Shown: positions 9,118-20,021, counted from the first letter of the whole stretch. The stretch is DNA of 63,896 nucleotides, filler included, from 6 parts of 6 records of this genome joined end to end with filler, not necessarily neighbours in it; one strand, 5' to 3'. Made by a program: numbers and translations. Notes: generated by a model from the sequence alone, not told the origin.

Positions 9118-10179
9118 TTATTGCAGATCTTTGGCGCGGGCCGCGTCGATCTCTTCTTCTGCAACCGCGACGGCATCGGTCAGCGCGGCAAAGGCCTCCT
9201 CGCCCTTGGTCACATTGGCCTTGAACCAGTCGTAGACCGGCGAAGCAGCCTCTTTGAAGGCGGCCTTCTGCTCAGGTGACGGAACATACAGATCCCCGCC
9301 GCCCGCGACGAATTCCTCGTAGGCTGCGATCGACTTGCGCTTGGGCGAGGCAAAAGTGGCCTGCTGCAGCGCGTAGAAACCATCGACAACCACCCGGCGC
9401 ATATCTTCGGGCATCGCCAGGAAGGACTCGTTCGACATCCACCACAGGGCGCCCATATAGGCGTGACCGTCCAAGGTGATGTATTGCAGTCCCGCATCCG
9501 GGAACTTCATGCCCATGATGTCGGTGATGCCGTTCTTGGAGCCTTCGACCACGCCGGTCTGAAAGGAGGTGAACAGCTCCGGCCATGGGATCGGGGTCGG
9601 CGAAGCGCCCAGCGCCTTGACCAGTTCCTGCGGCAGGTCCGCGACCACGGTACGGATCTTCAGGCCTTCCATATCAGACGGCTCTGCCACACGGCGCTTG
9701 GTGTTGGCAAAGTTGCGCCAGCCGCCGGTGTTGCCGATGGTCATCAGGCGGATGGTATCGCCGGAATCCTCCAGCGCCATATCGCGGATTGTGCGGGTGA
9801 AATCACCCGACAGCACATGCTCTGCCACCCGGTCGTTGGCCATCAGATAGGGCAGATCCAGCACCTGCACGTAAGGGAACAGGCCCGCCGCGCCGCCTGA
9901 GGTGGAGATATAGACATCGATGGAGCCATCAGCCACGCCCTGCAGGCATTCCGCGCCGTTCGAACACAGCTGGGTGCCGATGAACAATTCCACCTCGATG
10001 GCGCCGTTGGAGGCCGCCTCGACATAGTTCTTGAACACCACGAGACCGTCATAGTCCTCGTCGTTCTCGTTGGAATTGGCGGTGGCGCGGATGGTGTAAT
10101 CCGCGGCAAATGCGGATGTCGCCGCACTCCCTGCCATAAGGGCCGCAACGGCGACCGTCTTGAGGGCTTTCTTGAGCAT
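9118..10179 (-). CDS. dctP: TRAP transporter substrate-binding protein (DctP family), probably sulfoquinovose-binding
   Basis: Signal peptide; DLPYL, GWRNF, DMEGLKIRT, PTPIPWPELFTSFQTGVVEG; co-oriented with smoCBA. Confidence 0.85.
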   Translation of the reverse strand: MLKKALKTVAVAALMAGSAATSAFAADYTIRATANSNENDEDYDGLVVFKNYVEAASNGAIEVELFIGTQLCSNGAECLQGVADGSIDVYISTSGGAAGLFPYVQVLDLPYLMANDRVAEHVLSGDFTRTIRDMALEDSGDTIRLMTIGNTGGWRNFANTKRRVAEPSDMEGLKIRTVVADLPQELVKALGASPTPIPWPELFTSFQTGVVEGSKNGITDIMGMKFPDAGLQYITLDGHAYMGALWWMSNESFLAMPEDMRRVVVDGFYALQQATFASPKRKSIAAYEEFVAGGGDLYVPSPEQKAAFKEAASPVYDWFKANVTKGEEAFAALTDAVAVAEEEIDAARAKDLQ

Positions 10180-10215
10180 TTAGTGTCCTCCCTGATGCTC
10201 TTCTCTTTTATGCAG

Positions 10216-11508
10216 TCAATTCACAAACCCGGTCAGACGCGGGATCGTCATGGAAATGGCCGGGACGAAGGTGATCAGGAAGATCACCGCGATCTCGACG
10301 GCCAGAAACGGCAGGATGGCGCGCGCGATGGTGGTGACCCGCTCGCCGGAAACGGCAGAGGCCACAAACAGCACCAGCCCCATCGGCGGTGTCGCCAGCC
10401 CAACGGTGAGGTTCACGCACATGATGATGGCGAAATGCACGGAATCGACGCCAAGGCTTGCAAACACCGGGCCAAGGATCGGACCGAGAATGATGATCGC
10501 CGGTCCCGCATCGAGGAACATCCCCACCACAAACAGCAACAGGTTGATCAGGAACAGCAGCAGCAGCGGGTTTTCCGTCAGCGTCAGGATGAACTCTGCC
10601 AGCTGCTCCGGTGCATGGCTCAGCGACACCACCGTCTTGAACGACATCGCCGCGCCCACCAGCAACAGCACCACGGACGAGGTAATGCCGGCCCGGGTGA
10701 AGACATCTGACAGCTCGCCCAGTTTCAGCGTCCGCAGCACAAACAGACCGATCACCAGCGCATAGGCGACGGCGACGGCGGCAGCCTCGGTCGGGGTGAA
10801 GACCCCTGCAAGGATGCCACCGAGGATGATCACCGGTGTGAGCAGCGGGAAGAACGCCTTGAGGCTCGCCTGTCCCCGCTCGCCCCAGGAGTAGCGGCGC
10901 GAGGCGACGGGAAAGTCGTATTTGTCGGCCATGACCTTGACCATGACCATCAGGCCAACCCCGACGAGGAGGCCCGGCACCAGCCCGGCCAGGAACAGCG
11001 CCGCGACGCTCTCGCCCATCACATAGGCGTAGATGATCATGATGCCCGACGGCGGAATGATCGGCCCGATGACAGAGCTGGCGGCGGTGATCGCGGCGGC
11101 GAACTTGCGGCTGTAGCCCTGTTTCTCCATCGCCGGGATCAGCATGGAGCCGAGCGCCGAGGTATCCGCAACCGCCGAGCCGGACAGACCGGCAAACAGC
11201 ATCGACGACAGCACGTTCACATGCGCAAGCCCCCCGCGCAGATGCCCCATCAGCGCCTGAGAGAATTCAACCAGCCGCAGCGTGATGCCGCCCCGGTTCA
11301 TCAATTCGCCCGCCAGCATGAAGAAGGGGATCGCCATCAGCGGGAAACTGTCCATGCCGTTATAGAGGTTGCGGTACAAAAGCGTGATGTCGCGCTCCTG
11401 CCCGTTCAGCCACAGCATCAGGCCCGGCGCGGCCAGAAGGCCAAAGAACACCGGCAGGCCGACCATCAGGAACAGCAGGAAAAGCGGCAAGAACCAGATC
11501 AGCATCAC
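10216..11508 (-). CDS. dctM: TRAP transporter large permease
   Basis: SFPLMAIPFFMLAGELM, SGSAVAD, PIIPPS, FTPTEAA, TPPMG. Confidence 0.92.
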   Translation of the reverse strand: MMLIWFLPLFLLFLMVGLPVFFGLLAAPGLMLWLNGQERDITLLYRNLYNGMDSFPLMAIPFFMLAGELMNRGGITLRLVEFSQALMGHLRGGLAHVNVLSSMLFAGLSGSAVADTSALGSMLIPAMEKQGYSRKFAAAITAASSVIGPIIPPSGIMIIYAYVMGESVAALFLAGLVPGLLVGVGLMVMVKVMADKYDFPVASRRYSWGERGQASLKAFFPLLTPVIILGGILAGVFTPTEAAAVAVAYALVIGLFVLRTLKLGELSDVFTRAGITSSVVLLLVGAAMSFKTVVSLSHAPEQLAEFILTLTENPLLLLFLINLLLFVVGMFLDAGPAIIILGPILGPVFASLGVDSVHFAIIMCVNLTVGLATPPMGLVLFVASAVSGERVTTIARAILPFLAVEIAVIFLITFVPAISMTIPRLTGFVN

Positions 11509-12095
11509 TCGGCTCCTTTGGCAGTGGCGAATTCAATTTCAGGCAGGCGGTCCGCCCCGCCGAGAAGCGCAACAAGGCGGTGCAGGATCAGCTCAACATT
11601 GACGAGGATCAGCAACGCCAGCCCCACCAGAAGCGAGAGCATCATCCAGCTGCGCGGCAAGCGGAACCAGCTGTCAAAGGCGATGGAGGTGGGCAGGTAG
11701 AGAGAAGCTGTGGCGAAACGACCACCGATGCCGGTGACCTCCTTGTAGCCGATCTGGATGGCCACGATCATCACCAACAGGCTGAGCCCCAGAAGGATGA
11801 GCGACAGGAGCGAACCGACCCGCTGCGGCAGCATCGCAGAGACCGTATCGATGGCGACAAACCCACCCTGGCGAAACGCCGTCGGCGCCATCAAGCCGGT
11901 CATCCAGAGCATGCAGAACCGCGCCGCCTCGTCAGGCCAGGGCAGCGCGTTGTTCAGAACGTAGCGACAAAAGACTTGGATCAGGATTGCCACGACCATG
12001 GTCGCCACAGCGGCACATCCCAGCCAGCGCCCGATGCGCAAGAGGGTTGAGTTGATCCAGTACAGCGGTGTCACCACCGCCATCAATGCGTTCAT
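11505..12095 (-). CDS. dctQ: TRAP transporter small permease
   Basis: QVFCRYVLNNALPWPDEAARF; 4 TM helices; GGAGG RBS. Confidence 0.88.
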   Translation of the reverse strand: MNALMAVVTPLYWINSTLLRIGRWLGCAAVATMVVAILIQVFCRYVLNNALPWPDEAARFCMLWMTGLMAPTAFRQGGFVAIDTVSAMLPQRVGSLLSLILLGLSLLVMIVAIQIGYKEVTGIGGRFATASLYLPTSIAFDSWFRLPRSWMMLSLLVGLALLILVNVELILHRLVALLGGADRLPEIEFATAKGAE

Positions 12096-12156
12096 GTTGC
12101 TCCTCCCAGAACCCGAACTTCGAAGCGCCCTCCCAGACACCCCGACAGCGCACCTG

Positions 12157-12678
12157 TCAGTGCCCGGTGACGCGGCCCATTTGCCCTTTGAAGAAGGCAA
12201 GCGCCTCGCCTTCCTCACGCATCTCCGCCCGGTTCACGACGCCCAGCACGATGGCATGGTCTCCCCCGTCATAAACCGCATGGCGGCTACATTCGAAACG
12301 CGCCAGACAGCCCTCAAGCACCGGCACGCCCTCCGCATTCAGCGCCAGGTCGAGATCACGCAGCCCGGCCGCATCCTTGGCCACGCTGTAGCAAAGGTCC
12401 TGCTGATCGGCGGCAAGGACATGGATCGCATAGTGCTCTGCGGCCTCGAAATAGGGAAAGCGCCGCGAGTTGCGGTCCGGCGACCACAGAACCATCGGCG
12501 GGGTCAGTGACACCGAGGAAAAACTGCTGGCGGTGATCGCCACCACACCTTCGGGCGTCTGCGCCGTCACGATGGTCACGCCGGTTGCAAAGCGGCCAAA
12601 GGCATCGCGCAGCATTCGGGTGTTGCTCTCGTCCGGCACAAAGGCCTTTTGTGTCTTGTTGCTCATGTGCAGGCCCAT
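12157..12678 (-). CDS. smoA: Flavin reductase (partner of sulfoquinovose monooxygenase)
   Basis: RDAFGRFATGVTIVT, SFSSVSLTPP, GGDHAIVLG; position after smoC-smoB. Confidence 0.8.
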   Translation of the reverse strand: MGLHMSNKTQKAFVPDESNTRMLRDAFGRFATGVTIVTAQTPEGVVAITASSFSSVSLTPPMVLWSPDRNSRRFPYFEAAEHYAIHVLAADQQDLCYSVAKDAAGLRDLDLALNAEGVPVLEGCLARFECSRHAVYDGGDHAIVLGVVNRAEMREEGEALAFFKGQMGRVTGH

Positions 12679-12679
12679 G

Positions 12680-13570
12680 TTACGCGACCTCCTGGCCCAA
12701 GGCGGCCTCGTAGAGACGGAACCAGCTCTGGCGGTCCAGCTCCACCTTCAGCGCGTTCGAAATATTTTGAATGCGTGACAGGTTGTTGGTGCCCAGCACC
12801 GGCAGGATCATCGCCGGGTGGCGCAACAGGAAGGCCACAGCCACGGCGGCGCGGTCGACATCCTGCGCGGTCGCGATCTCATCCAGACGCGAGGCCAGCT
12901 CCCCCTGACCGGTCATCAGGCTGCCACCGCCAAGCGGCGACCACGCCATGATTGGCTGCGCGTTCATCTGGTGGAACGCCAGATCGCCATTGGTGAAGGA
13001 CGCAGGCTCCGAAAGCGAAATCTCGATCTGGTTGGTCACCAGGGGGCTGGTCATCGCCGATTGCAGCAGGTTCCAGTCCCAGGGACGGAAATTCGACACA
13101 CCTACGGCTTTCACCTTGCCCGATTTGACCAGATCATCAAGCGTTGCACCGGTTTCGTGATGATCCATCAGCGGGTCCGGACGGTGGATCAGCAACAGGT
13201 CGATCTGCTCAATGTTCATTTCGCGCAAGGAGCGCTCTACCGCACTCTCGATGTAGGCGCGCGACGTGTCATAGTATTTGACCGGCTTGTCGCTGTGGAT
13301 GCCGATGGGCGCAACGATATCGCATTTCGTCACGATCTCCATCTGCGCCCGCAACGCAGGGTTCGACTTGAGCGCCGCGCCAAGGATCGCCTCGGCGCCG
13401 TAGTCACCATAGATGTCAGCCTGATCGAAGGTGGTGATCCCCTGTTCCAGACAGGCGTGGATCTTGGCTTCGACATGTTTGACGGATGTATCGGCATCAT
13501 CACCGATCCGCCACATGCCGTAGATCAGGCGGGAAAGTTCAAGGTCGTCAGCTAGCTTTACGCGATCCAT
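12680..13570 (-). CDS. smoB: Aldo/keto reductase, 6-dehydroglucose (6-oxo-glucose) reductase
   Basis: ELSRLIYGMWRIGDDADTS, DQADIYG, LLLIHRPDPL, AWSPLGGG; closely resembles Agrobacterium SmoB as recalled. Confidence 0.8.
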   Translation of the reverse strand: MDRVKLADDLELSRLIYGMWRIGDDADTSVKHVEAKIHACLEQGITTFDQADIYGDYGAEAILGAALKSNPALRAQMEIVTKCDIVAPIGIHSDKPVKYYDTSRAYIESAVERSLREMNIEQIDLLLIHRPDPLMDHHETGATLDDLVKSGKVKAVGVSNFRPWDWNLLQSAMTSPLVTNQIEISLSEPASFTNGDLAFHQMNAQPIMAWSPLGGGSLMTGQGELASRLDEIATAQDVDRAAVAVAFLLRHPAMILPVLGTNNLSRIQNISNALKVELDRQSWFRLYEAALGQEVA

Positions 13571-14442
13571 CAGCGGCGCACTCCTACACCAAGCGGTGTT
13601 TCTGGGGGGCTCGCCGGCACCCGGCCATAGGCCTCGGGCAGCGAGCAGGTTTTCATGTTGGGGAGGATGCGCGCACCGAAGTGTTCGGCTTCCTCGATAT
13701 GGGGGTAGCCCGACAGGATGAAGGCGCGGATGCCCATCTTCTGATAGGCCTCCAGCTTGCTCATCACCTGGTCGGTGGAGCCAACCAATGCCGCGCCGCA
13801 GCCCGAACGGGCACGGCCAACGCCAGTCCAAAGATGCGGCTCGATAAAGCCGTCATCATCCGCAATCTCGCGGTTCTTGGCCTGATGGCTGACCCCGAGC
13901 GATTTGGCATCCAGCGCCCGCTCCCGAATGGCGGTGCCTTGCCCGTCATCGAGCTGCGACACGATATAGTCGGCATATTCGCGCGCTTCTGCTTCGGTAT
14001 CGCGCACGATGGTGTGCACGCGCAGACCGTAGTCCAGTGTACGATCATATTGTTCCGCCACCGCGTGGACGGCCTGCATGCGACCCTGAAGCTCTTCCAT
14101 CTTTTCCGGCCACATCAGGTAGACATCGCAATGCTGCCCGCACAGCTCCAGCGCCGAGGGGCTATAGCCGCCAAAATACAGCAACGGACCGCCGGTCTGG
14201 TACGGCCTTACCGGATCCGTGGTGAGCCCGGAGAAGTTATAGACCTCACCTTCGTAGTTGATCTCGTCCCGGGTCCACGCTTGTTTCAGGATCTCCACCA
14301 CCTCTCGCGAGCGTTGATAGCGATACGCGCTCTCGGCCTTCTCGCCCGGAAAATCGGAAGAGATGATATTCACCGTCAGGCGGCCCTCCAACATGTGATC
14401 GAGCGTCGCGAGAGTGCGGGCCAGCATGATGGGCTGCATCTC
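13570..14442 (-). CDS. smoC: Sulfoquinovose monooxygenase (LLM flavin-dependent), 5' end truncated by contig end
   Basis: EMQPIMLARTLATLDHML.GRLT.N.ISSDFPGE, LYFGGYSP, WTGVGRARSGCGAALVGS, KTCSLP..YGRVP match Agrobacterium SmoC as recalled. Confidence 0.82.
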   Translation of the reverse strand, partial: EMQPIMLARTLATLDHMLEGRLTVNIISSDFPGEKAESAYRYQRSREVVEILKQAWTRDEINYEGEVYNFSGLTTDPVRPYQTGGPLLYFGGYSPSALELCGQHCDVYLMWPEKMEELQGRMQAVHAVAEQYDRTLDYGLRVHTIVRDTEAEAREYADYIVSQLDDGQGTAIRERALDAKSLGVSHQAKNREIADDDGFIEPHLWTGVGRARSGCGAALVGSTDQVMSKLEAYQKMGIRAFILSGYPHIEEAEHFGARILPNMKTCSLPEAYGRVPASPPETPLGVGVRR

Positions 14443-14443
14443 A

Positions 14444-14543
14444 NNNNNNNNNNNNNNNNNNNNNNNNNNNNNNNNNNNNNNNNNNNNTTAATTAATTAAN
14501 NNNNNNNNNNNNNNNNNNNNNNNNNNNNNNNNNNNNNNNNNNN
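14444..14543. other. Artificial contig spacer
   Basis: 44 N + TTAATTAATTAA (stops in all six frames) + 44 N. Confidence 0.99.
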
Positions 14544-14573
14544 CTATTAACTATTAACTGTTAACTATTAACT
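14544..14573. repeat. Heptamer tandem repeat (CTATTAA/CTGTTAA) x4+, cut by the contig start
   Basis: CTATTAA CTATTAA CTGTTAA CTATTAA CT read directly. Confidence 0.85.
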
Positions 14574-14588
14574 TTTTTTGGGGTTTAT

Positions 14589-15386
14589 ATGAGGCCGTTT
14601 GGCAGGATTTTGTTGACCAATGATGACGGCATCGACGCGCCGGGCCTGAAGGTCGCCGAGGACATCGCCGCGCAGCTCGCCGAGGAAGTCTGGGTGGTGG
14701 CGCCGGAGCACGACCAGAGCGGGGTGGGGCAGGGCATCTCCCTGCACACGCCGCTGCGGGTCTACCACCACGGCGAGCGGCGCTTCGCGGTGTCCGGCAC
14801 GCCGGCGGACTGCGTGATGTTCGCCATGGCGGAGTGGTTCGAGGAGGAAGCGCCGGATCTGGTGCTCTCCGGCGTCAACTGCGGCGCCAACCTGAGCGAT
14901 TCGGTGATGTACTCGGGCACCGTCGGCGCGGTGCTCGCCGCCGCCCACCTGGGCCTGCCGGGCATCGCCCTGAGCCAGGCGTTCGTCGACCGCGCCGCCA
15001 TCGATTACGCGCCCACCACCCACTACGCCGCCGGCCTGATCCGCGAGCTGTGGGAAGCCGGCGCCGACCGCGACGGCTACCAGCGCGCCTGCTGGAACAT
15101 CAACTTCCCCGACCTGCCGGTGGCGGAGCTGCGCGGCAGCCGTTTCACCCGGCAGATCGGCGGCGGCATCGCCGGGCCGCGCCTGGTGCACGGCACCGAC
15201 GGCCGCGGGCTGGCCTACCACTGGCTGTCGTTCGAGCGCCGTCCGTCCAGCATCGACCACCCGCAATCCGACGTGGTCGCGCTGCGCGACGGGCACATTT
15301 CGGTGATGCCGCTGCAGCCCACCCGCTGCGATGACGTGCTGGCGGATGAATGCTTCCAGCAGGGTGATCGTCCGCTGCCGGAGTGA
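14589..15386 (+). CDS. surE: 5'/3'-nucleotidase SurE
   Basis: ILLTNDDGIDAPG, VVAPEHDQSG, GTPADCV, SGVNCGAN, YSGTVGA. Confidence 0.92.
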   Translation: MRPFGRILLTNDDGIDAPGLKVAEDIAAQLAEEVWVVAPEHDQSGVGQGISLHTPLRVYHHGERRFAVSGTPADCVMFAMAEWFEEEAPDLVLSGVNCGANLSDSVMYSGTVGAVLAAAHLGLPGIALSQAFVDRAAIDYAPTTHYAAGLIRELWEAGADRDGYQRACWNINFPDLPVAELRGSRFTRQIGGGIAGPRLVHGTDGRGLAYHWLSFERRPSSIDHPQSDVVALRDGHISVMPLQPTRCDDVLADECFQQGDRPLPE

Positions 15387-15423
15387 TCGCCGGTCAAATG
15401 CGAAACCATATTCCAAAATAGTA

Positions 15424-15466
15424 TTGACGCCCCAGGGGCGCCATGTCAGATTGACCGCTTGGTCAA
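15424..15466 (+). promoter_or_regulatory. Promoter with downstream palindromic operator
   Basis: TTGACG (15424) -17 nt- CAGATT with extended-10 TG; TTGACC-GCTT-GGTCAA at 15451-15466. Confidence 0.55.
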
Positions 15467-15569
15467 CTTCAGTACTGGTTCTGTATCCGCGTTAACAAAA
15501 GCCCGGGTCAGGGACCAGTACTGTCCGCGTATTCGCGGGCCTTACAACAATTCAAGGGAGAGCACAGGC

Positions 15570-17246
15570 ATGTTTGATCGGCATTTTGCCGTCTGGCCGG
15601 AGGGGCTGCCGCACCAGCTCAAGCTTCCGGAAACCAGCCTTTACAGCAACCTCGAAATTTCCGCTCTGCGCTACCCGGATGAGAACGCGATCATCTACTA
15701 CGATGCGCCCATCACCTACCGGGAACTCAAGCAGCAAGTGGACGCCCTGGCCGGCGAACTGCAGCACCTGGGCGTGGAAAAAGGCGACCGGGTGATGCTG
15801 TTCATGCAGAACGCGCCCCAGTTCATCATCGGTTACTACGCCATTCTGCGCGCCAACGCCATTGTCGTGCCGATCAACCCGATGAACCGCAGCGCCGAGC
15901 TCGAGCACTACCTGCAGGACACCCAGGCCTCCGTGTGCATCTGCAGCCAGGAAGTGTTCCCGCACATCGAGCCGCTGATCGGCCATGAGGGTCTGCGCCA
16001 TGTGATCGTCGCCGCCTACAGCGACTACATTCACCCGCAGACCGACCTCGACCTGCCCGCCGAGGTGGCCGCCCCGGCACAGCCGCTGACCACCGCCGGC
16101 ACCATCGCCTGGGGCGACGCCCTGGGCGCCGGTCACCAGCCCGGTGAACTGCTGGTGGGCCCGGACGATCTGGCCGTGTTCCCCTACAGCTCCGGCACCA
16201 CCGGCGCGCCCAAGGGCTGCATGCACACCCATCGCTCGGTGATGGCCACCTGCGTGCACGGCGCCGCCTGGCGCTCCGGCGGCGGCCGCGAGGGCGTGAC
16301 CCTGTCGACGCTGCCGTATTTCCACGTCACCGGCATGCAGGGCGCCATGAACGGCCCCATCTTCCTGGGCTCCTGCATCGTGCTGATGACCCGCTGGGAC
16401 CGCCGCACCGCGGCCAAGCTGATCGAGCGCTACAAGGTCACCAGCTGGACCAATATCGTCACCATGGCCATCGATCTGCTTTCCGACCCGGACGTGGAAA
16501 GCTTCGACCTGTCCAGCCTCGAGAACATCGGCGGCGGCGGGGCGGCCATGCCCGAAGCGGTGTCCGATAAGCTGTTCAAGCTTACCGGTCTGCGTTACAT
16601 CGAAGGGTACGGCCTGTCCGAAACCATCGCCGCTACCCATATCAACCCCTCCGAAAAACCCAAAAAGCAGTGTCTGGGCATTCCGGTCTTTGACGTGGAT
16701 TCACGGGTGATCGACGTGGACAGCGGCAAGGAAATGGGCGTCGGCGAAGTGGGCGAGATCATCTCCCGCGGGCCGCAAATCTTCCAGGGCTACTGGAACC
16801 GCCCCTTGGAAACCCAGAAAGCCTTCATCGAAATCGACGGCGAACGTTTCTTCCGCACCGGCGACATGGGCTACTACGACGAAGAGGGCTACTTCTTCAT
16901 CGTTGACCGGGTGAAACGCATGATCAATGCGTCCGGTTTTAAAGTTTGGCCCGCCGAGGTCGAAAGTCTTATGTACCGGCATCCCGCGATCCAGGAAAGC
17001 TGTGTCATCTCCGCCCCCCACGAGCGCCGCGGTGAAACCGTGAAAGCCTGTGTGGTGCTGGCCGCCGACCACAAGGGCAAGGTCAGCGAAGACGAGATCA
17101 TCGCCTGGTGCAAGGAACAGATGGCCGCCTACAAGGTGCCTCAGATCGTCGAGTTCCGCGATGAGCTGCCGCGCTCGCCCACCGGCAAGGTGATGTGGCG
17201 TGCGATGCAGGAAGAGGAATGGGCTGACCAGAAAAAAGAAGCCTGA
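15570..17246 (+). CDS. Long-chain-fatty-acid--CoA ligase (AMP-binding)
   Basis: YSSGTTGAPKG, EGYGLSET, RTGDMG, DRVKRMINASGFKVWPAEVE, LPRSPTGKV. Confidence 0.9.
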   Translation: MFDRHFAVWPEGLPHQLKLPETSLYSNLEISALRYPDENAIIYYDAPITYRELKQQVDALAGELQHLGVEKGDRVMLFMQNAPQFIIGYYAILRANAIVVPINPMNRSAELEHYLQDTQASVCICSQEVFPHIEPLIGHEGLRHVIVAAYSDYIHPQTDLDLPAEVAAPAQPLTTAGTIAWGDALGAGHQPGELLVGPDDLAVFPYSSGTTGAPKGCMHTHRSVMATCVHGAAWRSGGGREGVTLSTLPYFHVTGMQGAMNGPIFLGSCIVLMTRWDRRTAAKLIERYKVTSWTNIVTMAIDLLSDPDVESFDLSSLENIGGGGAAMPEAVSDKLFKLTGLRYIEGYGLSETIAATHINPSEKPKKQCLGIPVFDVDSRVIDVDSGKEMGVGEVGEIISRGPQIFQGYWNRPLETQKAFIEIDGERFFRTGDMGYYDEEGYFFIVDRVKRMINASGFKVWPAEVESLMYRHPAIQESCVISAPHERRGETVKACVVLAADHKGKVSEDEIIAWCKEQMAAYKVPQIVEFRDELPRSPTGKVMWRAMQEEEWADQKKEA

Positions 17247-17363
17247 CAATTCCAAGAAATCCAAAAAACCTGAAACAACTTCCCGCAGTTCGAACGACGC
17301 GGATGGGACCTCGCCGCTCGCTGGGAGGTTGTTTCTTAAATAAAACGAACAGGAGGCTCAGCC

Positions 17364-18227
17364 TTGGACGCGTTTCTTCAGCAAGCGCTTAATGGCCTCA
17401 CCCTGGGCAGCATCTACGGCCTCGTGGCCCTGGGTCTGACCCTGGTGTACGGCATTTTGCACGTTCCCAACTTTGCCCACGGTGCTCTCTACATGGTGGG
17501 CGCCTATATCAGTTACTACATCATGGTGGATCTGGGGCTCAACTACTGGATCGCCATGCTTGGCGCCGGCATCTTCGTGGCCGGTCTGTCGGTGCTCTGT
17601 GAACGCCTGGTTTTCCACCCGCTGCGGCACGCGCCGCCGATCCACGACAAGATCGCCGCCATCGGCATCCTGTTGTTCCTGGAAGCGGTGGTGCAGATGT
17701 ACTGGGGTTCCGATTTCCGCCGCATGCCGACCCCCTACACCAGCATCCTTGAGTTCGGCGGCCTGGTGCTGCCGGCCCAGCGGCTGCTGATCATCGTCGG
17801 CGCCTTCTCGATCATGGGCGCGCTGCACCTGTACCTGAAGAAAACCATGACCGGCTCCACCATCATCGCCATGGCGCAGAACCGGGAAGGCGCCTTCCTG
17901 GTCGGCATCGACGCCAACCGCGTCGCCATGATGACCTTCGCCATCGCCGGTTTCCTGGCGGCGGTGGGCGCCAGCCTGTTCGCGCCGATCAACCTGGTCT
18001 ACCCGGCCATGGGCCACCTGGTGATCATGAAGGCGTTCGTGATCATTATTCTCGGCGGCATGGGCAGCATCCCCGGCGCCATCGTCGGCGGTCTGATCAT
18101 CGGTTTCGCCGAAGCGCTGGGCGGCTACTACGTCTCCAGCACCTATAAGGATCTGATCGCCTTTGTTCTGCTGGTGGTGATTCTCTCCATCAAGCCCACC
18201 GGCCTGTTCACCAAGGGGGTGCGCTAA
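17364..18227 (+). CDS. Liv-type ABC transporter permease (LivH-like)
   Basis: NGLTLGSIYGLVALGLTLVYG..NFAHG, ILGGMGSIPGA. Confidence 0.9.
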   Translation: MDAFLQQALNGLTLGSIYGLVALGLTLVYGILHVPNFAHGALYMVGAYISYYIMVDLGLNYWIAMLGAGIFVAGLSVLCERLVFHPLRHAPPIHDKIAAIGILLFLEAVVQMYWGSDFRRMPTPYTSILEFGGLVLPAQRLLIIVGAFSIMGALHLYLKKTMTGSTIIAMAQNREGAFLVGIDANRVAMMTFAIAGFLAAVGASLFAPINLVYPAMGHLVIMKAFVIIILGGMGSIPGAIVGGLIIGFAEALGGYYVSSTYKDLIAFVLLVVILSIKPTGLFTKGVR

Positions 18228-19253
18228 TGGATCGCATTGCCAACTTCTTCGCCAGCCCGGCCATGAAAGTGGTGCTGTTGGCGTTCGCCCTGATTTTCCC
18301 GCTGATCGCGGGCAGCGAATACCAGATCTACGTGATGGCTCTGGCCTTTATCTGGGCCATCGCCGTGTACGGCCTGAACATCATCACCGGCTTCTGCGGC
18401 CAGTTGAACCTGGCCCACGGCGGCTTCTTCGCCATCGGCGCCTACGTGGTGGCGATTCTCACCGTGGACCACGGCTGGGCGTTCTGGCCCGCCTTTATCG
18501 CCTCCGGCGTATTCTCGGCGGTGTTCGGTTTCCTGGTGGGCATCGTGTCCCTGCGCCTCAAGGAGCACTACTTCGCCATCTTTACCCTGTGCGTGGGCTT
18601 CATCATCTACCTGCTGCTGGATAAGTGGGAAGCGCTCACCCACGGTTCGCTGGGCATCATCAACATCGCGCCGCCGGAAGGGTTCGGGCTGATCGATTTC
18701 ACTCGCACCATTCCGTTCTATTACCTGGTGCTGTTCTTCCTGGTACTGGCGATTGTGCTGGTGAGCCGTATTTCCAGCTCCCTGGTGGGCCGTACCTTCC
18801 TGGCCATCCGTATCAGTGACGACCTGGCCCAGTCCCTGGGCATCAACCTGATGCGCAACAAGGTCCTGGCGTTCGTGCTGTCCACCGTCTACGCCGGCCT
18901 CGCCGGTGGTCTGTACGCCGGTGTGGTGCGCTTTATCGGTCCGGCGGAAGCCGAGGTGGTACACACCTTCGACATCATCACCTACCTGCTGGTGGGCGGT
19001 ATCGGCACCCTGATGGGCCCGCTGGTGGGCACCATGGCGATCACCTGGCTGACCCAGGCGGTGCAGTCCTTCGAAGAGTACCGGATGATCGTATTCGGTC
19101 CCATGCTGGTATTGCTGGTGATCTTCATGCCCAAGGGCGTGGTCGGCACCTTTCTGACCTGGCGCGGCCGCCGTCTGGCGAGCAAAGCGCCGGCCAAAGA
19201 GGGCCAGACCCGTGTCGGCGACAGCGCCACTTCGTCCAAGGAGGCCAGCGACA

Positions 19254-19261
<8 letters not shown>
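18227..19261 (+). CDS. Liv-type ABC transporter permease (LivM-like)
   Basis: GLNIITGFCGQLNLAHGGFFAIGAY, LRLKEHYFAIFTL, VGGIGTLMGP. Confidence 0.9.

Positions 19262-20007
<746 letters not shown>

Positions 20008-20021
<14 letters not shown>

Noticed and set aside
14488-14499. Recurrent TTAATTAATTAA motif (five copies)
   Set aside because: Artificial linker inside N spacers, not biological.
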